DNA from: a virus
Lineage: Duplodnaviria > Caudoviricetes
DNA length: 58,285 nt
Virus record (IMG/VR): IMGVR_UViG_3300050190_000052
Coordinates: 1 to 58,285 of that record
Reading direction: 5' to 3' (one strand)
Position numbers and translations under genes: made by a program. Shown here in pieces: positions 56,283 to 58,285 of this stretch; the first letter of the stretch is position 1; every line of letters starts with the position of its first letter. The notes under the pieces were generated by a model. It did no database searches, had not been told where the DNA came from, and saw only the letters and a program-made list of their open reading frames with translations.

Positions 56283-56483
56283 TTACTCTCCATGTTCCGT
56301 CGCGGCTGATATAATCGCTGCCACATCGACCTGTAAAAGTCTGGCCAGCGGTTCGATTATTTTGACCGGAACGCGCTTTTTCCCTCGGATCATTTCCGAG
56401 AAATGCGATTTGGTCATGCCGATCTGTTTGGCCACCCAATTCTGTTTCAACCCGCGTTCTCGGATCATCGACTGAAGGTTCAT
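56283..56483 (-). CDS. XRE/Cro-type HTH regulator
   Basis: IRERGLKQNWVAKQIGMTKSHFSEMIRGKKRVP. Confidence 0.85.
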   Translation of the reverse strand: MNLQSMIRERGLKQNWVAKQIGMTKSHFSEMIRGKKRVPVKIIEPLARLLQVDVAAIISAATEHGE

Positions 56484-56504
56484 GAAAGTCCCGTTCGTAA
56501 TCAT

Positions 56505-56605
56505 TGGCGCAATGTGGCGGAACATAGATTCGCTGTCAATAAACAATTATCTCCATTATCGCGAATATAAAGGCTTGACGCTGCCTTCCATCCCATGCCA
56601 CATGC
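56505..56605. promoter_or_regulatory. AT-rich divergent promoter region
   Basis: TTGACA-17-CACATT on - strand and TTGACG on + strand at a strand switch. Confidence 0.5.
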
Positions 56606-56640
56606 CTCTGCCCGGAATGGTCCGGCGCGGAGAGAACACC

Positions 56641-56856
56641 ATGGCCCAATCCGTCACCCTGGAAGGGAAAACCTACGAGGTCGTCGTCGACGAAGACGGA
56701 AAACGGGCCGTGATGGTCCACGTCCGCAAATATCTGTGGAGGATGGCGAACGCGCGGCTCACCGAGGCAGTGCTGGCGAGTTTTGACACGGAGGTTATGC
56801 GTCCGTCGTCCATCAGGATCGTTTATGAGCAGCCTCCCAAAAGGAATGGATCGTAA
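56641..56856 (+). CDS. hypothetical protein
   Basis: GGAG RBS, MAQSVTLEGKTYEV. Confidence 0.55.
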   Translation: MAQSVTLEGKTYEVVVDEDGKRAVMVHVRKYLWRMANARLTEAVLASFDTEVMRPSSIRIVYEQPPKRNGS

Positions 56857-56859
56857 GCC

Positions 56860-57165
56860 ATGACAGACCCTACCGAATGGTCGACCGAAGCACTCGCGGT
56901 CCTCGACAGCCTCTGGCCTACGAAGGAAAGCACTCCCCACATTCAACGCGTCCTGAGGCCGCTCTTGAACCGTCTCCCGTCGCAAGAGGAGTGCCGCACC
57001 GTGGCGACGCGGAACCACGTGCGCGAGGTCGGGCCCTCTGTGTTGGTTATCGGAAAATTAGCGTTACCTGAGCGGCCGCCCGACAATATCCTACATAAAG
57101 TTCCGGCCGGGACGTTCCCGGTCGCGCCCGGAGGATTTCGGATGGGGAAAAGTGGCGATGAATAG
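56860..57165 (+). CDS. hypothetical protein with weak GcrA-N-terminus-like start
   Basis: TEWSTEALAVLDSLWP. Confidence 0.5.
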   Translation: MTDPTEWSTEALAVLDSLWPTKESTPHIQRVLRPLLNRLPSQEECRTVATRNHVREVGPSVLVIGKLALPERPPDNILHKVPAGTFPVAPGGFRMGKSGDE

Positions 57166-57336
57166 CCCTGGGCAAGAAGGGTTCATTATGGTGCCAAAAG
57201 AGATGGAGCTTTCCGTTCTGCTTCTCGTGGAGGCTCTAAAGGCAATAGCGCGTGGCCGGAGAGACAACGGTCGTCCCCTCTCGGGGGAGGATAGCCGTCA
57301 GACCGCCCGAAAGGCTCTCGTCGAATGCGGGCTTGA

Positions 57337-57579
57337 TTGGTAATGGTCGCGCCAGTTGTCGGACATGGGATCTGCGCTTTCTGCGGTGGACCGGTCGATC
57401 ACCGAAAAGGGCTGGACCCAACCGTTTCCTGCTCCAAATCTTGCCAGGTCAGGCTTTGGAAGTGCGCGCATCCCGCAGTGAATCGCGAAATACAGAACCG
57501 CTATCGGCGCAGAAAGCGGCTCCGTCGAAGCCTCTACAAGCTCGCCACAGCCGCGCTGGAAATCAGACAGGAGGAATAA
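57337..57579 (+). CDS. small zinc-finger-like protein
   Basis: CAFCG...CSKSC. Confidence 0.5.
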   Translation: MVMVAPVVGHGICAFCGGPVDHRKGLDPTVSCSKSCQVRLWKCAHPAVNREIQNRYRRRKRLRRSLYKLATAALEIRQEE

Positions 57580-57583
57580 CGCC

Positions 57584-57763
57584 ATGCGTACCCCGATAAA
57601 CCTGTTTCCCATGGGAATGCCGTACCACGACCGCCGCACGGCGTGGGAAGACCGCACGTCCCGGTACCATTGGCGGCGAGGGTTTATCTGTGGGGTCGTC
57701 AGTTCGGCCGGAGCGCTTTTCTTTGGTGGGCTCCTCGGCTGTATATTCGCGTATCTGGCGTGA
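57584..57763 (+). CDS. 59-aa membrane peptide
   Basis: GGAGG RBS; ends RTSRYHWRRGFICGVVSSAGALFFGGLLGCIFAYLA. Confidence 0.55.
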   Translation: MRTPINLFPMGMPYHDRRTAWEDRTSRYHWRRGFICGVVSSAGALFFGGLLGCIFAYLA

Positions 57764-58285
57764 AAGCTCCACCGCCGCCCGGTCGCCTGGACTCGTACCA
57801 TGACGCGGTCGAGCTGGCGCGCCGCGGCATCGGTCTGTTTGCTCAATCAGCACTGAAGGAAATCACGTAATGAAAGTCGTAACAAACTTCTGGCTCAAGC
57901 CCGTACCTTCCCGCCGCTTCGATTGGTCCGCCATCGATGACGATACCTACGATGGAGCGCCTGACTCCCGCTGTCCAGTTGGATACGGCAAGACCGAGGA
58001 AGATGCCATCGCGGACCTGATGCAACAGATTGAGGATGTGGCATGATGCAAAACAGTCGAGACATGCTGCGCCGGCTTGTGGACGTTGCCTGGCAGGCGG
58101 CGACACAATCCACCGAGGTTCCATCAACGAGATTGGCTGACAAGATGATCAACCAGGCCCGCACGTCCCGGTACCATTGGCGGCGAGGGTTTATCTGTGG
58201 GGTCGTCAGTTCGGCCGGAGCGCTTTTCTTTGGTGGGCTCCTCGGCTGTATATTCGCGTATCTGGCGTGAAAGCTCCACCGCCGC
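57652..58285 (+). repeat. exact 127-bp direct repeat (57652-57778 and 58159-58285, the window end)
   Basis: Identical sequence read directly; second copy is the last 127 bases. Confidence 0.9.

Noticed and set aside
57652-58285. Terminal repeat as evidence of a complete circular genome or an att site
   Set aside because: The repeat matches internal sequence rather than the window start, and no integrase was recognised.

Overview
The window is a nearly complete (not visibly circular) GC-rich tailed-phage genome with P22-like podovirus virion architecture. The host is probably an alphaproteobacterium, inferred from GcrA, GapR-like and DUF3309-like genes. Gene order on the + strand: small ORFs, large terminase, intein-containing portal, GroES-like co-chaperonin, scaffold, capsid, tailspike, neck proteins, tail fibre, ejection proteins, lysis and accessory genes. 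A divergent early region follows (recombination genes, RuvC-like, DnaB, replication initiator with iterons, GcrA, HTH regulators). I recognise no integrase, DNA polymerase or cas gene. Main finding: a cas-less, leaderless type I-E CRISPR mini-array (4 repeats, 3 spacers, 47062-47273) inside the early operon. All three spacers are diverged copies of this phage's own genes within about 2.5 kb of the array, on the same strand, two with an ATG PAM, and one target breaks off beside the array. This points to a host-Cascade-borrowing weapon against sibling phages, possibly a homing (gene-drive-like) array. Other findings: two catalytically intact TnpB elements, a LAGLIDADG intein in the portal, a split and permuted gp10-like tail hub with a tandem-duplicated gp4-like adaptor, two virion genes with apparent non-AUG starts (ACG, ATT), and an unannotated (GGxFRL)4 peptide next to a DUF6065-like gene. 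All family assignments are by motif recognition; no searches were run.
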